NCBI GenBank assembly: GCA_965198235.1
Contig: OZ240248.1
Span: 3,808,001-3,872,000, forward strand
Length of the DNA: 64,000 nucleotides
Origin: Candidatus Poribacteria bacterium
Lineage (GTDB): Bacteria > Poribacteria > WGA-4E > WGA-3G
Direction of reading: 5' to 3'
The translations under genes and the position numbers were made by a program. The notes beneath the pieces were generated by a model. That model saw only the letters and a list, made by a program, of their open reading frames with translations, made no database searches and was not told where the DNA came from. Positions 40,901 to 49,969 of this stretch are shown here, piece after piece. Positions within the stretch are counted from its first letter, which is position 1. Every line of letters starts with the position of its first letter.

Positions 40901-41633
40901 TATATGGCACCTTAACGCCTCAAACGATGCTCTCTCCCGTGCCGCACGCGCCTTAGAAGATAGACAGCCAAGCCTCGCGGTCCCGATCCAAAGATCGGCA
41001 CTCGCTGATCTTAATCAGGCGATCTTTGAACTCCTTGAGGCGATGGGACAGATGAACCAACAGATGGGTGCCAGCGGATTTGAAAACATGATGGAGCAGT
41101 TGCAGCAGCTCGCCGAAAATCAAGAGCAGTTGAACGAGATGGCACAGAATCTGAACCGGCAGATGCGAGAACAGGGACGAACCCCAGGGCTTGAGCAGAT
41201 GATGCGTCAACTCGCCGCCCAACAGCAGCTAATCCGAGAGGCGACCGAACGGATCGCCGAGCGTGCAGAGCAGATGGCGCAGATGCTCGGTAGTCTTGAA
41301 GGTGTCGCTGAGGAGATGACTGAGGTTGAGAAGTCACTCCGCCAAGGTGAACTCGACGAGGATGTCCTCGATAGACAGGCACAAATATTGACGCGGATGC
41401 TTGACAGTTTAAAATCGTTGCAGAAACGGGATGTCGGTAAACAGCGCAAAGCAGAAGTGGCGAAAAAGCCGGAGACATCCGCACAGGAAATACCACCTTT
41501 GCATCCTGAACTCCTCGAAGTTGTTCGGAAATTAGAAACCACACCTAACGCAAAGGAATTTGAGGACATTCCGTTCCAGTATCGGAAACAACTTCTGCAG
41601 TATTTCAAGGCACTTTCACAGAAGACACAGTAA
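37902..41633 (+). CDS. Large membrane-anchored coiled-coil protein (DUF4175-like)
   Basis: N-terminal TMs, YPAYT, DAAPDV...ATDDYG, Q/E-rich coiled coil, IPFQYRKQLLQYFKAL end. Confidence 0.75.
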   Translation: MHKPTSPNRKVKLNDVNAAYGNLIDRLRAIRRQWRWLTFSEGLLKCIGILALVMAGTLIILAMSFQLWQFPFSRWIRIAIILLSIGGAVYAVIRTFVLPLCNKLTDAAVASRLESTQTEAAFAAENRVLSAVQLWKTLENNRLGYAPEFVEHLIVQASRDMEQVQHRRVFQPEFRKIRRNAGVAVGGVVLLLVIHFLLPTAFTGFAQAFQTLPKTLQDDQEYLKKSIQITKIQPGNIQIERGTDVNVTAEVGGHLGAPVVLYYRVADESETIGFHHQLVKKPSILDSGLDFTENHRETKSNGDRIQSFKKWQSLSMPRMSTDAGRSLQVSEISLPYSATLENVTRPLQYYISVKEVTSEQYQITISNEPIVTQFQYRLNYPAYTQLQSQTLPANVGDIQVLFGTEVVFTGESNKPLQKAHIAFDASGDVPLEIRERQLQGAITQLMKDEQEAASTPQIIQGSFVARQSENYRIYITDVDGFMNRDPVNRTITVLEDAAPDVAIVAPARDTVLDDAMLVKLKVEATDDYGIQELQLVYRVESEGAEEVNVPLKRWEVEGARSHRSVFVAYTWDVDRIGIFPGETLAYYVQALDIDDVSGPNIGKSHTYTLRFPSLSELYDALATEQETEQRGLEELVDEQADATGLVDTLLDKIRKSQELTLNDENLMQQVLENQKQIEETAKQLIEDMQETAEEMEQNQLFDAETIEKYQELQDLMEKALSEEHKELLRKLSEALAKQEIDEQERSMAEANLSQEQFLQQLERAKSLYEQILLQQELEAAAKQAKALAEQQKQLMDTLESSEQSAPTSDLAQKEDRVADEFKQLSGKLEELGTKMGELAQNNENAPPQIERLADEIIRLNQFAHEHKLSEMLEATSENLRGGQNSEALESGRDAEQTLTELAQGLDNALAFMEGANANETLTALQEAVESGLHLSHLHEKVLTQTNDILVTGQSDAYISSEIVRLQQLAADELSTAESITQLSSKLWELGNRQIEVPPEAIWHLNASNDALSRAARALEDRQPSLAVPIQRSALADLNQAIFELLEAMGQMNQQMGASGFENMMEQLQQLAENQEQLNEMAQNLNRQMREQGRTPGLEQMMRQLAAQQQLIREATERIAERAEQMAQMLGSLEGVAEEMTEVEKSLRQGELDEDVLDRQAQILTRMLDSLKSLQKRDVGKQRKAEVAKKPETSAQEIPPLHPELLEVVRKLETTPNAKEFEDIPFQYRKQLLQYFKALSQKTQ

Positions 41634-41896
41634 CAGGACTTACGCAAACGCCTTTGCTTAGCGTTGTAAGCGAAACCTCGCCAGTGGCGCAAGGAGAGAA
41701 AAGAGAAACAGCACAAGTCCTCAATCTCAGTCGCAAATTAACCGGAAACCTGCCTGAAATGAAATTATGCCTTAAATGGCATAATTTTGCTTCGCAGTGT
41801 CCCACAAGTTTCCTATAGAGGCTTGCGCAGAATGCTTTACATTTGGAGGGGTTTTTGCTTGGGCGTTTCTTTAGCCCAGGAGCAATAAATTAAAAG

Positions 41897-42916
41897 ATGA
41901 AAACAGCAATTAGTATTGTTGACGATGCGTTTTACATTAACGGAGAAATTACCTATCCGGGACGTGTCTACCAAGGAAATAAAGTTGAAGGGTTACTGCT
42001 CAACACCCGTATGGTGCAAGGCATCTTCGATGATCGGAACCCCGAAACAATACATCTCTGGGAATATCCAGATACCGGTGAATGGGATCCAGAGCGCAAT
42101 ACGCGTGAATTTCTATCCGCGATGCCGACATGGCGCGCACACGGCGTATTGGCGTTCACCATTAACCTCCAAGGCGGCAGCCCCGAAGGGTACTCCAAAG
42201 CGCAACCGTGGCACAACTCAGGGATAGAAGCCGATGGCAGCCTCAATTCAGATTATCTCTCGCGACTTGAACGCATCATTGGCTTTGCGGATACACTCGG
42301 TATGGTTGTTATCCTCGGTTACTTCTATTTTGGGCAGGACCGTCGGCTGACCGACGAAAACGCCGTCAAAAGTGCCGTTGACAACGCAACGGGTTGGCTC
42401 TTTGACAAGGGATACACACATGTTATCGTTGAGGTTAACAACGAGTGCAACGTGAGATACTCACATGAAATTCTGCAGCCTGAGCGGGTGCATGAGTTGA
42501 TCGAACGGGTGAAGGCGAGGACACGTGAGGGCGATAGATTCCTCGTCGGGACGAGTTACGGTGGGGGTAGAGTGCCACTCGAAAATGTCGTCCGTTCCTC
42601 CGATTTCCTACTCGTTCATGGAAACGGCGTGAGCGATCCCAACCGCATCATTGAGATGGTCCAACAGACGCGTGGAGTGCCGGGCTACCGCCCGATGCCA
42701 ATCCTTTTCAATGAAGACGACCATTTTGATTTCGATAAACCCTTAAACAACTGTGTCGCTGCTGTGAGCCAATATGCATCATGGGGTTACTTCGACCCAG
42801 GTGAGAATGACTATTGCAACGGTTACCAATCCGTGCCAGTGCAATGGCAAATCAACACGCCGCGCAAACGCGCCTTTTTTCAGAAGGCTCGCGACATCAC
42901 TGGCTGCTATTCTTGA
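41897..42916 (+). CDS. Putative glycoside hydrolase-like TIM-barrel protein
   Basis: EVNNE and ILFNEDD acidic motifs reminiscent of clan GH-A. Confidence 0.55.
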   Translation: MKTAISIVDDAFYINGEITYPGRVYQGNKVEGLLLNTRMVQGIFDDRNPETIHLWEYPDTGEWDPERNTREFLSAMPTWRAHGVLAFTINLQGGSPEGYSKAQPWHNSGIEADGSLNSDYLSRLERIIGFADTLGMVVILGYFYFGQDRRLTDENAVKSAVDNATGWLFDKGYTHVIVEVNNECNVRYSHEILQPERVHELIERVKARTREGDRFLVGTSYGGGRVPLENVVRSSDFLLVHGNGVSDPNRIIEMVQQTRGVPGYRPMPILFNEDDHFDFDKPLNNCVAAVSQYASWGYFDPGENDYCNGYQSVPVQWQINTPRKRAFFQKARDITGCYS

Positions 42917-43197
42917 TAGCATCAGAAACTGAGCCTGAAATGTTTTTTAAATAATTGGTCTTTGGACACCGCTCCGAATGTAAGCAAGAACAAATTATGC
43001 CATTTAAGGCATAATTTCATTTCGCGATGGTTTCTGGTGAAACTCACATCCGACTCTAAAAAGGGACGTGCGGTTCACCAAGAACCTGCCTGAAATGAAA
43101 TGGAAGGCAGCCCAGAGGCCCATAAATTAAAATCCTGCCCGAAACGAAGTGGAGGGCAGAGCGGAGACCCATAGTTAAAAAAAGGAAAATTAAAAAT

Positions 43198-43968
43198 ATG
43201 CCACAAGTTGACCCTATCTATTTTGCAATTGTAATTGCTATTGTTATTATGCTCACAACAAGCGTCCGGATTCTCAAAGAATACGAGCGCGCCGTTATTT
43301 TTCGTCTCGGACGCTTGACTGGGACCCGTGGTCCTGGACTTGTGTTTATGATACCGTTCTGGATTGAGCGGATGCAGCGTATCAGCCTACGGGTTATCGT
43401 CAACGATGTCACCCCACAAGATGTGATTACGAAAGACAACGTTTCCGTAAGCGTCAACGCTGTGCTCACCTTCAGGGTGACCGGACCGGATAGAGCGGTA
43501 ATCGAGGTGGAAGACTTCGGTTTTGCCATCGCTCAGATCGCACAGACGACGCTCCGCAGTGTGCTTGGACGTGCTGAACTCGATGACCTACTCTCAGAGC
43601 GCGAGAAGTTAAATCAGGACTTAGAGGAAATCATCAAGAAGCATTGTGAACCGTGGGGGGTCGAGGTGCTTGCGATGGAGATCAAACACGTGGATCTTCC
43701 TGTTGAGATGCAACGCGCCATGGCGAAACAGGCGGAAGCGGAACGGGAACGGCGTGCCAAAATCACACACGCTGAAGGTGAATTTGAGTCAGCCGAGGTT
43801 CTAACCAATGCCGCTGAAATCCTTAGTAGAACCCCGACCGCTGTGCAGCTCCGATTCCTTCAAGCGTTGGTAGAAGTCAGTGCAGAGAAAAACTCAACCG
43901 TCGTCTTCCCAATCCCGATTGACCTGCTCAGTCCGTTCCTTGAGAAAATAAAAGGTAAAGAAGAATAG
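43198..43968 (+). CDS. SPFH/stomatin-like (slipin) membrane protein
   Basis: [40 protein letters not shown]. Confidence 0.95.
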   Translation: MPQVDPIYFAIVIAIVIMLTTSVRILKEYERAVIFRLGRLTGTRGPGLVFMIPFWIERMQRISLRVIVNDVTPQDVITKDNVSVSVNAVLTFRVTGPDRAVIEVEDFGFAIAQIAQTTLRSVLGRAELDDLLSEREKLNQDLEEIIKKHCEPWGVEVLAMEIKHVDLPVEMQRAMAKQAEAERERRAKITHAEGEFESAEVLTNAAEILSRTPTAVQLRFLQALVEVSAEKNSTVVFPIPIDLLSPFLEKIKGKEE

Positions 43969-44031
43969 ACGTTTGCTGGTAGACGCGCGAGATGCGCGCA
44001 GAGAAAGCCAGAGAATAGGAATGGGATTAAA

Positions 44032-45003
44032 TCAATACCCCCAATTTCCATGTGCCAGTGGGGCGCGATTGAGTTCGTCCCGATAAGCACGCCATTGGGG
44101 TAGAAACTCGTCCATCAACGCGTAAAATCGATCGCTGTGCGCACGCTCCAGCAGATGAACCATCTCATGCACCAAGATATACACCAAGCATGATTGCGGT
44201 TTCTTTGCGAGTTCGAGATTCAGCCAGAAGAATTGATTGTGTCGGCAAATTTTCTTGGTATTTGCATCGAATACAATGAAGTTGTGCAGGATGTCGAGCA
44301 ATCGGGTTTTGTTGCAGATTTGACTGAGTTCTCGGAGCAACAGATTATCGCCTGCATCGGGGTGGGCATCTGCCTCTTTCCAGCGCAACCAGTGTTTCTC
44401 TGGCGTTTTGATGACACCGTAGTATAGCCCTTGGGTTTCGTTGCCTGCCATGACAAGTTGCACAGTGGCGAAAAACCATTCGATGAAATCTTCGCGTTGG
44501 TTGGTAAGGTTCTGACGGATGCCTTCGGAAACAGAGACAGTGGAACGTTTTAACTCGAGGACACCGATGGCGATGCCGTTGATGTATAGGACTAAATCGG
44601 GACGTTTGGTGTTCTCGCCTTTGAGGGTTACCTCTTCGGCGATACCGAAATCGTTATTGAACGGATGCTCCCAGTCGATCAGCATGACAGTGGTTCGGTG
44701 CTCGCCGGTGCTGGGTTGGACGTTGATGCCGTAGCGCAACAGCCCATAGACCTCTCGATTTACTTCGTAGAGTTTTCTGCTGCCGCCGAGTGCCGCCGCC
44801 TTTTTTAGTTCAAACAGCACTTTGGAGATGATGGCATCGTCATGTCGTCTGCTGCTCAGCCAATCGGTAAGCAGCCCTGTGTCAACGTTGCTATTCTCCT
44901 GACGCTCTTGCCAGTTGCCGAGGTAGGTATACCCCAACACCTTCTGGAAGAATGTGAGGACACGTGCCTGTGTGCCTGTTTCTCTGTCACCAACGGTGTT
45001 CAT
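44032..45003 (-). pseudogene. In-frame chimera: type I HsdR N-terminal nuclease part plus C-terminal end of YgjP/M48-like metalloprotease
   Basis: KRPDLVLYINGIAIGVLELK, CRHNQFF then an abrupt WLNLELAKKP...HEMVH; helicase motor absent. Confidence 0.75.
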
Positions 45004-45136
45004 GGTAATAGTTATCAGTACGCTCACTGCGTTCGCTTTCAGCAGTCAGTACGGGTTGCTACGCAACCCTTTCAGTTAAAGCCTTGGCGCGGCGATAGGT
45101 GTATGAAAAGACTTGGGCTGCATCTTATACTGCATC

Positions 45137-45529
45137 TTATACTGCATCTCCTGATTTCAGATTCGCGAGTTCAGTCCTTCCTTTGTCTGTCAACCGGTAC
45201 TGCTGCCGTCGACTCCTGGGTTTATCTGGCAGTGTGTATTCAATCATCTGATCATCCAGAAGGTCTCGAACAACGTTGTAGAGTTGACCGGATGCCCTCC
45301 TTTGTCCTAATTTCTTGGACAATTCGGATCTTGACAGTGGACCATCAGCAAGTAAGTTTAGCACTTTCGATTTAAGATCTCCAGGGATTAACTCTGGCTG
45401 CACCTTAATCTGCTCTGGAGGTGTGGCACGCCAAATCGTTGTCTTGAATCCACTACTGTCGGTGAATTCCGGTTCGGATAAGTTAGCATCACTGCAACGG
45501 CGGATCATGTCTAACGTTCCTGTTTCCAT
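45137..45529 (-). pseudogene. C-terminal fragment of ATP-binding/wHTH protein typical of R-M loci
   Basis: TGTLDMIRRC...EPEF and IEYTLPDKPRSRRQQYRLT; 5' end abuts the transposase flank. Confidence 0.6.
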
Positions 45530-45535
45530 CAGCGT

Positions 45536-46284
45536 TCCTTGCTCCAGCGGAGCAAGATGTCTATAGAAAAATATGCTGAAGACCGTTGCACTCCAGCGGA
45601 GTGCTATGTCCACAGAAAACTGTGGCCAGTAGGTTATTCTCCAGAGGCGGTATCTGCCACTGGATCAAAAACATACTTCAAATCATACGCGACCCCAAAA
45701 CGCTCTAAAAACGTAAGATATTCATCACGGAACGTCTGTTGCGAATGATGGGTCTCCTGATTTTCAATATATGTGGCCACTTTGGGTATCTGAGAGTGTG
45801 AATAACTGAAAGCACCGAACCCTGTCTGCCATGAAAATTGACCGACAGTCCAACGCTTCTGGTTGATAAAGCGCGTCGAATTTACCTTGATGTCTTTTAC
45901 TAAACCAGACAACGCGACATCCGGAGTCATCCCGATCAGGATATGGATATGATCCGGCATTGAATTGATTTGAATCAATTTTTGTTTTTTGTTGGTGATG
46001 ATGCCGGTGATATATTTGTGAAGTTCTGGCTTGTGCTGTTTGGGGATAAGCGCGTGTCTACCTTTCACAGAAAACACAATATGCACATAGAGTTGGGTAT
46101 AAGTATCTGCCATAGGTTTTTATATCTCTCCAGCATTTGCTATATCTATCGCGATAAGTCCACCCTATTATATCTGCATCGCCTATTGTGTGTCAAAAAG
46201 TTGTTAAGGTACATAGCACTCCGCTGGAGTGCAGCCGGTTCGCAACCAATATTCTATAGACATATTGCTCCTCTGGAGCAAGGA
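45536..46284. mobile_element. Y1 transposase gene flanked by 74-bp inverted double-hairpin repeats (REPtron-like)
   Basis: 45536-45609 and 46211-46284 are imperfect reverse complements, each with two CTCCAG(C/A)GGAG hairpins. Confidence 0.85.
45634..46113 (-). CDS. tnpA: IS200/IS605-family Y1 HUH transposase (RAYT-like)
   Basis: HIVFSVK, PDHIH (HUH), WQTGFGAFS, YIENQ catalytic Tyr; no tnpB. Confidence 0.92.
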   Translation of the reverse strand: MADTYTQLYVHIVFSVKGRHALIPKQHKPELHKYITGIITNKKQKLIQINSMPDHIHILIGMTPDVALSGLVKDIKVNSTRFINQKRWTVGQFSWQTGFGAFSYSHSQIPKVATYIENQETHHSQQTFRDEYLTFLERFGVAYDLKYVFDPVADTASGE

Positions 46285-46564
46285 GACCGATTTTTGAGAT
46301 GCCCCCGATGCCTTTCGGATATGTGTTTATACGTCTTTTTCGGGGCTACCTCCTCACGCCAGATGAAGATTAAGAATTTAATCGGGTAATTTTGACCGAT
46401 GCCCGGTGCGGTTAGGAAACCGCACCTACCGGGTTTGGGGGAACATAGAATTACCCAAATATTTTATTGACAAACGGTTGGATTGCTAAGATGTAAATAG
46501 GTAGGAAAAAGAATAGGGCGGGTACCGGGACCCGCCCCTACAATGGACATAAATGTTTCTGAAT

Positions 46565-47620
46565 CTACCAATCTTCATCAAAGAACGGTGTGCTTGGGTA
46601 ACTATAGACGTTGCCTTCGTAGTTGCGGAGTTGTATCTCGTCGTCATCGAAGGCTACAATTGGATCGGGGATCAGCGCAATTTTTCCGCCGCCACCGGGG
46701 GCATCGACGACATAATGCGGCACACCCAGCCCAGATATATGTCCACGCAACGCGGCGACAATGTCTAAGCCCGTTTTTACGGCTGTCCGGAAATGATCGG
46801 TGCCGACGACAAGATCGGCTTGATAGATATAGTACGGCTTGACTCGAATGCGCAACAGTCCCTTCATCAGTTCCACCATCACGGCGGGATCGTCATTCAC
46901 ACCTTTCAGAAGCACTGCCTGGTTACCGAGGGGTATACCTGCATCAGCTAACATGCCGCATGCCTTCTCGGTTTCGGGTGTAATCTCACGTGGATGGTTG
47001 AAATGGGTGTTGATATAGAAAGGGTGGTGCCGTTTCAGGATAGCACACAATTCTGGTGTGATGCGTTGCGGCAACGTTACCGGGACGCGCGAACCGATCC
47101 GAATGATTTCCAAGTGTTCAATCGCTCGTAATCCCCCGACGATCATATCGATTTTCTTATCCGTCAACATGAGCGGGTCACCACCGGAGATAATCACGTC
47201 ACGGATTTCTGGATGCGCCTGAATGTAGGCAAGTCCCGTCTCAATGTTATCTTCAGAAATAGAGTGTGGGTCACCGACTTTCCGTTTACGGGTACAGAAA
47301 CGGCAATAGATTGGACACATATAATTGACGTAGAAGAGTGCCCTATCGGGGTATCGATGCGTTACGTTTGGCACTTCACTATCGTCTTCTTCGTGCAGTG
47401 GATCCTCTACGCCGGTGCTTATCAGTTCTCTTGGATCAGGAACGACCTGTTTCCAAATTGGATCACCAGGTTCTTCTATGAGACTCAGATAATAGGGATT
47501 GATGCGGATCGGGAATTCTTTGTGAATACGCCGCATCTCCTCTAAGTCAATATCAAAGGTAGCGGCAAGTTTTTCTGGGGTGTTGACAGTGTCTCTCACG
47601 AGACGTTTCCATTCTTCCAT
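46565..47620 (-). CDS. KamA-family radical SAM (lysine 2,3-aminomutase-like)
   Basis: THRYPDR, CPIYCRFCTRKR, SGGDPL, NQAVLLKGVND, DAPGGGGK. Confidence 0.9.
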   Translation of the reverse strand: MEEWKRLVRDTVNTPEKLAATFDIDLEEMRRIHKEFPIRINPYYLSLIEEPGDPIWKQVVPDPRELISTGVEDPLHEEDDSEVPNVTHRYPDRALFYVNYMCPIYCRFCTRKRKVGDPHSISEDNIETGLAYIQAHPEIRDVIISGGDPLMLTDKKIDMIVGGLRAIEHLEIIRIGSRVPVTLPQRITPELCAILKRHHPFYINTHFNHPREITPETEKACGMLADAGIPLGNQAVLLKGVNDDPAVMVELMKGLLRIRVKPYYIYQADLVVGTDHFRTAVKTGLDIVAALRGHISGLGVPHYVVDAPGGGGKIALIPDPIVAFDDDEIQLRNYEGNVYSYPSTPFFDEDW

Positions 47621-47748
47621 TTATTATGTCCATCCTTTCCGAATTTCCGCGCGAATACGTGTTGCGCTGTCGGCGCGATACCTTCTATAAAAACTCGCGA
47701 GCAACGTCCTACATTAAGGACTATGGGACGTAGAATTGATTAGAGATA

Positions 47749-48282
47749 CTACGGTGCAACTGTGTAATTTTCGATCATCACTCTGTTCATGACATCACGT
47801 TCACGGAGTGCGTCTACCACATCCAGTCCTTCAATAACTTTGCCAAACGTGGTGTAGCTACCGTTAAGATGCTCGTAACGGGTTGGGTCGGTGCTGAGAC
47901 AGATATAAAACTGACTTCCCGCTGAGTCGGGATTTTGTGTCCGAGCCATCGCAACAACACCCTTTTCGTGCACCGGCATCTTGTCACGAAGTTCTGGGTC
48001 TTGGAACTCACCCCGAATCGTCCATCCAGGTCCGCCTCTACCGGTTCCCTCTGGATCGCCCCCTTGGATAACGAAGTCAGGGACAAATCGGTGGAAGATC
48101 ACACCATCGTAATATCCTGCTTCGATCAGTCTCGCAAAATTCTCTACTGTGGTTGGAGCAGCCTCTGGGTAAAGTTCAATAAGGATGTTTCCTTTTTCAG
48201 TTTCAATCGTTACATAAGGCAATTGATTGTTGTTGCAGGAAATAATTGCGGCGCAAAACGTGCCTAATAAACTAAATCGCAT
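47749..48282 (-). CDS. Cyclophilin-type peptidyl-prolyl isomerase, possible lipoprotein
   Basis: FHRFVPDFVIQGGDP, AMAR, SAGSQFYI. Confidence 0.93.
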   Translation of the reverse strand: MRFSLLGTFCAAIISCNNNQLPYVTIETEKGNILIELYPEAAPTTVENFARLIEAGYYDGVIFHRFVPDFVIQGGDPEGTGRGGPGWTIRGEFQDPELRDKMPVHEKGVVAMARTQNPDSAGSQFYICLSTDPTRYEHLNGSYTTFGKVIEGLDVVDALRERDVMNRVMIENYTVAP

Positions 48283-48415
48283 AATTTTAGTGTGAAAATT
48301 TGGGTATCTTCACGAATTCCTTTTTGGGTTTCATCAAAAATTTCCGACGAGTGTCCGCTTAACAAATAGATTCGGCATAAACTACACTCTCGTTGAAGGT
48401 GCAGAGTTGATATAC

Positions 48416-48444
48416 ATTATACACTTATTTGCGTGTGAAGTCAA
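48416..48444 (-). promoter_or_regulatory. sigma70-type promoter of the cyclophilin gene
   Basis: TTGACT-17-TATAAT. Confidence 0.65.
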
Positions 48445-48613
48445 GCAGAATTTTGAAGGTATTCGGTTTCCGTGTTCTATTCGATTTCTGTAGACTTTGT
48501 GTTTTTTTGAGGAAAAACGGAACGGTTTGCAACAGATTTGCGTATCAGGTGTGCGGAGTAACCTAATATCTCGTGGATAAAAGCAAGGAATTTCTGACGA
48601 CACGGTGTTCACC

Positions 48614-48642
48614 TTGACACCGCCCGTTAGACATGGTATTCT
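48614..48642 (+). promoter_or_regulatory. sigma70-type promoter of disA
   Basis: TTGACA-17-TATTCT with TG extension. Confidence 0.55.
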
Positions 48643-48655
48643 ATTAATATAGGAA

Positions 48656-49765
48656 GTGATTGCAGTGCAAAGCATCTCAACAGAAAATCAAAAAACACGC
48701 GAACTCTTTGCAGCACTGAAGCTGCTATCGCCAGGGACTTATCTGAGGGAAGGTATTGATTATATCATCCAAAGTAAAACCGGTGGGCTCATCGTCTTGG
48801 GTGATACGCCAGAGATTCTGGATTTGACAGAAGGCGGCTTCCGGATTAATTGCCCATATACGCCGACAAGCTTATATGAGTTGGCGAAAATGGATGGCGC
48901 GATTATTCTTTCTGAAGATATGAAACATATAGCGCGCGCGAATGTAACGTTGAGAACAAGCCCGACTATTCCCTCTAATGAAACAGGACTCCGCCACCGC
49001 TCGGCGGATAAATTTGCGAGAGAGACTGATCATATTGTCCTCGCGGTCTCACGAAGCCGAAATACGCTCACCCTGTATCTCAAAGATCAGCGTTATATTT
49101 TCCGAGAAGGTCCTACATTGCTTTCCGGTGCGAATCAAACGATGCTCGTACTGACACAGCACCTCAAAGCACTCCGAAATGCCGTTACCATTCTGAATTG
49201 GGCTGAATTAAGTGGAAATGTCGCCTTAGCGGAGGTCGTCGCTGCTATCCAATTGTGTGAACGCGTTCGCCGCGCTGAACAGGAATTGGACCGCTATAGG
49301 ATTGAGTTAGGCACACAAGCGCAATCTCTACAGTATGTTATTCCCGAACTCACAACTGAAATTGAGAGTGGACTTCTGATTATAAAAGATTATTATCATG
49401 AGTGTCTACGTGACGCGTCTGAAGCGTTTGAAGCAATTTTGGGTCTGGATGCACACAGCCTCGCAGACCAGAGCAACATTAGTGAAGCTTTAGGGTATTC
49501 GCGTGATGTGCACAACACTTTCGAGGTGCTCGAACCACGCGGGTATCGAATGCTTAGCCAAGTGCCTCGTATTCCCTTCAGTATTGTTGAAAATATCGTT
49601 CACACATTCAAAACATTGGATCGGGTTAACACAGCTGCCGTTGGTGAACTCCAGGCAGTTGATGGAGTGGGTAAGGCACGGGCATCGACAATCAAGAACA
49701 CACTCGCGCACATGAAGTCAACATCTGTTCAACCTGAAGTTCTGGCTTTGTCTGTATATGAATGA
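48656..49765 (+). CDS. disA: DNA integrity scanning diadenylate cyclase
   Basis: LSPGT.LR, ELAKMDGAIIL (DGA), ETGLRHRSA (RHR), PRGYR, C-terminal HhH VDGVGKARA. Confidence 0.92.
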   Translation: MIAVQSISTENQKTRELFAALKLLSPGTYLREGIDYIIQSKTGGLIVLGDTPEILDLTEGGFRINCPYTPTSLYELAKMDGAIILSEDMKHIARANVTLRTSPTIPSNETGLRHRSADKFARETDHIVLAVSRSRNTLTLYLKDQRYIFREGPTLLSGANQTMLVLTQHLKALRNAVTILNWAELSGNVALAEVVAAIQLCERVRRAEQELDRYRIELGTQAQSLQYVIPELTTEIESGLLIIKDYYHECLRDASEAFEAILGLDAHSLADQSNISEALGYSRDVHNTFEVLEPRGYRMLSQVPRIPFSIVENIVHTFKTLDRVNTAAVGELQAVDGVGKARASTIKNTLAHMKSTSVQPEVLALSVYE

Positions 49766-49969
49766 TGAAAAGAGAAATTTACTTTTTTAAGGGTGTTGAG
49801 TTTAGAAAATAATCGTGAATTGGAGGCACATCGCGCACCTCAATTTTTGCGTATTGTAACCCAAGTTGCTACTTAATAGGTCTTAGGGGTTTAAACGCAG
49901 ATTTTTCAAGGAAAAGTGTATCTTCACACCCCGTAGGGGTGTTATGTTTATAGAAAAAGGAGTTAGAAA

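Noticed and set aside
34372-41633. vWA/DUF4159/DUF4175 cluster as a novel system
   Set aside because: Resembles the widespread MoxR/BatA-associated neighbourhoods; the MoxR ATPase is not in this window, so nothing new can be claimed
45118-45149. 12-bp tandem repeat CTGCATCTTATA at a pseudogene end
   Set aside because: Under three copies; simple slippage with no functional evidence
45530-45613. N-terminal 28 aa of ORF 45137-45613
   Set aside because: Translated transposase-flank repeat, not part of the original gene
48286-48378. Two tiny upstream ORFs before the cyclophilin gene
   Set aside because: No RBS, attenuator or biased codon content; likely chance
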